Shown one piece after another: positions 45,321 through 46,145 of a DNA stretch of 46,145 nucleotides. Under the pieces are notes generated by a model, which saw only the letters and a program-made list of their open reading frames with translations, ran no database searches and had not been told where the DNA came from. Position 1 is the first letter of the stretch. Each line of letters opens with the position of its first letter. The translations under genes were made by a program, and so were the position numbers. The DNA is from an uncultured Clostridia bacterium. GTDB lineage: Bacteria > Bacillota > Clostridia > Christensenellales > UBA1242. Location of the stretch: positions 1-46,145 of the forward strand of contig CALWTG010000001.1 in NCBI GenBank assembly GCA_944384385.1. The letters are read 5' to 3'.

Positions 45321-46034
45321 TTATATTTCGTAAGATAATAAATCTTCTTGAGAGATAATATTTTGTTCATTATATTGATAGTTATCCAAATCATCATGAA
45401 AAGTATAGAATAAAGAAGCAACATCTGTTGCAAAATTGACATACCATCGCGCGTCAGCAAAAAAGTCAATATCTGCATCTTTTGTGCTTGAACGCTCAAT
45501 GCCCAAAGTGTAACAAACATTATGTATGTACCATTCACTTTCAAGCATTCTTATGCTTCTTTTTATTTCAATGTCATTATTTTTTGCAAAGTCCTGGACT
45601 TGATTCAAAACATACATTCTCTCGTCAAAATCATATCTATATGAATCTGCAATATTGACATGGTCGCTATAAAAAGTAAGGACGGTGTTTTTACCAGTTT
45701 GAGTTGCAAAAGAAATCGAGTCAATATATTTGCTAGGCACAGTAGTAACGGGCTTCACTGCGTCGGCTTTAAGCGTAATGGAAGACAAAAGCATAACAGC
45801 CAGCAAGCTTTTTAATTTTCTGCGAGGGACGATGTCATTGCCTTTGCTTTTATCTTTTGAAGTATAATCTCTATGAAATTGCTCAAACTTTTTTGCCGTT
45901 TTTTTGTCAACTTTTGTAAAGTCGATTTTCTTTAATATGTCAGAATAAAGCTTTTCGACTTTTTTATACAAATTTATGTTTATTGTTTTTTCCACTTCAC
46001 ACAACCTTTTATCTATAATGAGTTTAACCAACAT
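45321..46034 (-). CDS. Hypothetical single-pass membrane protein
   Basis: 237-aa ORF with a ~75-aa basic N-terminal part, a TM/signal-anchor LKSLLAVMLLSSITLKA, and a C-terminal extracytoplasmic domain. No motif recognised. Confidence 0.5.
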   Translation of the reverse strand: MLVKLIIDKRLCEVEKTININLYKKVEKLYSDILKKIDFTKVDKKTAKKFEQFHRDYTSKDKSKGNDIVPRRKLKSLLAVMLLSSITLKADAVKPVTTVPSKYIDSISFATQTGKNTVLTFYSDHVNIADSYRYDFDERMYVLNQVQDFAKNNDIEIKRSIRMLESEWYIHNVCYTLGIERSSTKDADIDFFADARWYVNFATDVASLFYTFHDDLDNYQYNEQNIISQEDLLSYEI

Positions 46035-46145
46035 GGCACGCTATGTCAATATGCAATTTATTTTAAAGGCTTAAAATCATTTACATTTTTTTTTGTTTGT
46101 GATATTATCTTGTTGTTGTATATACTGCTATAAAATCTTGTAGAT

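Overview
This 46.1-kb segment comes from a low-GC, endospore-forming Firmicute that looks Clostridia-like: spoIIE is present, codon usage is AT-rich, and TTG/GTG starts occur. Most of it is housekeeping, mainly on the + strand: rpsT, an M16 peptidase, greA, spoIIE, a SAM methyltransferase, an ABC-F ATPase, ftsH, prfB, tsaD, an Fe-ADH, rdgB, cysK, queH, signal peptidase I, recF, hisS, tRNA-His(GTG), gyrB and gyrA. prfB carries the classical programmed +1 frameshift, which the ORF track splits. I saw no rRNA, CRISPR array, integrase, transposase or phage structural gene. The best candidate for an undescribed system is a very AT-rich cassette just downstream of gyrA (42665-44754). It holds a Cro/XRE repressor gene with two palindromic operators. 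Divergent from it is a translationally coupled operon: a PD-(D/E)xK-like 184-aa protein, a 384-aa zinc-ribbon/2-TM protein, and an untracked 31-aa hydrophobic micropeptide. A 5'-truncated gene remnant flanks the cassette. The 384-aa protein is a paralog of the zinc-ribbon membrane protein that sits next to an SPFH/triple-zinc-ribbon (YdjI-like) gene between recF and hisS. Other notable points:
- A perfect 19-bp inverted repeat brackets an AT-rich ABC-2 exporter cassette (23777-26221).
- A two-gene islet lies between tRNA-His and gyrB.
- The ABC-F protein has one degenerate ATP site.
- A 1087-aa SGNH esterase carries seven tandem ~90-aa repeats.
- A second, orphan XRE gene has three operators.
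- The greA leader contains a terminator-like hairpin.
- The spoIIE-downstream gap (10557-10784) is structured.

All calls come from reading motifs by eye. No database search or folding computation was run.
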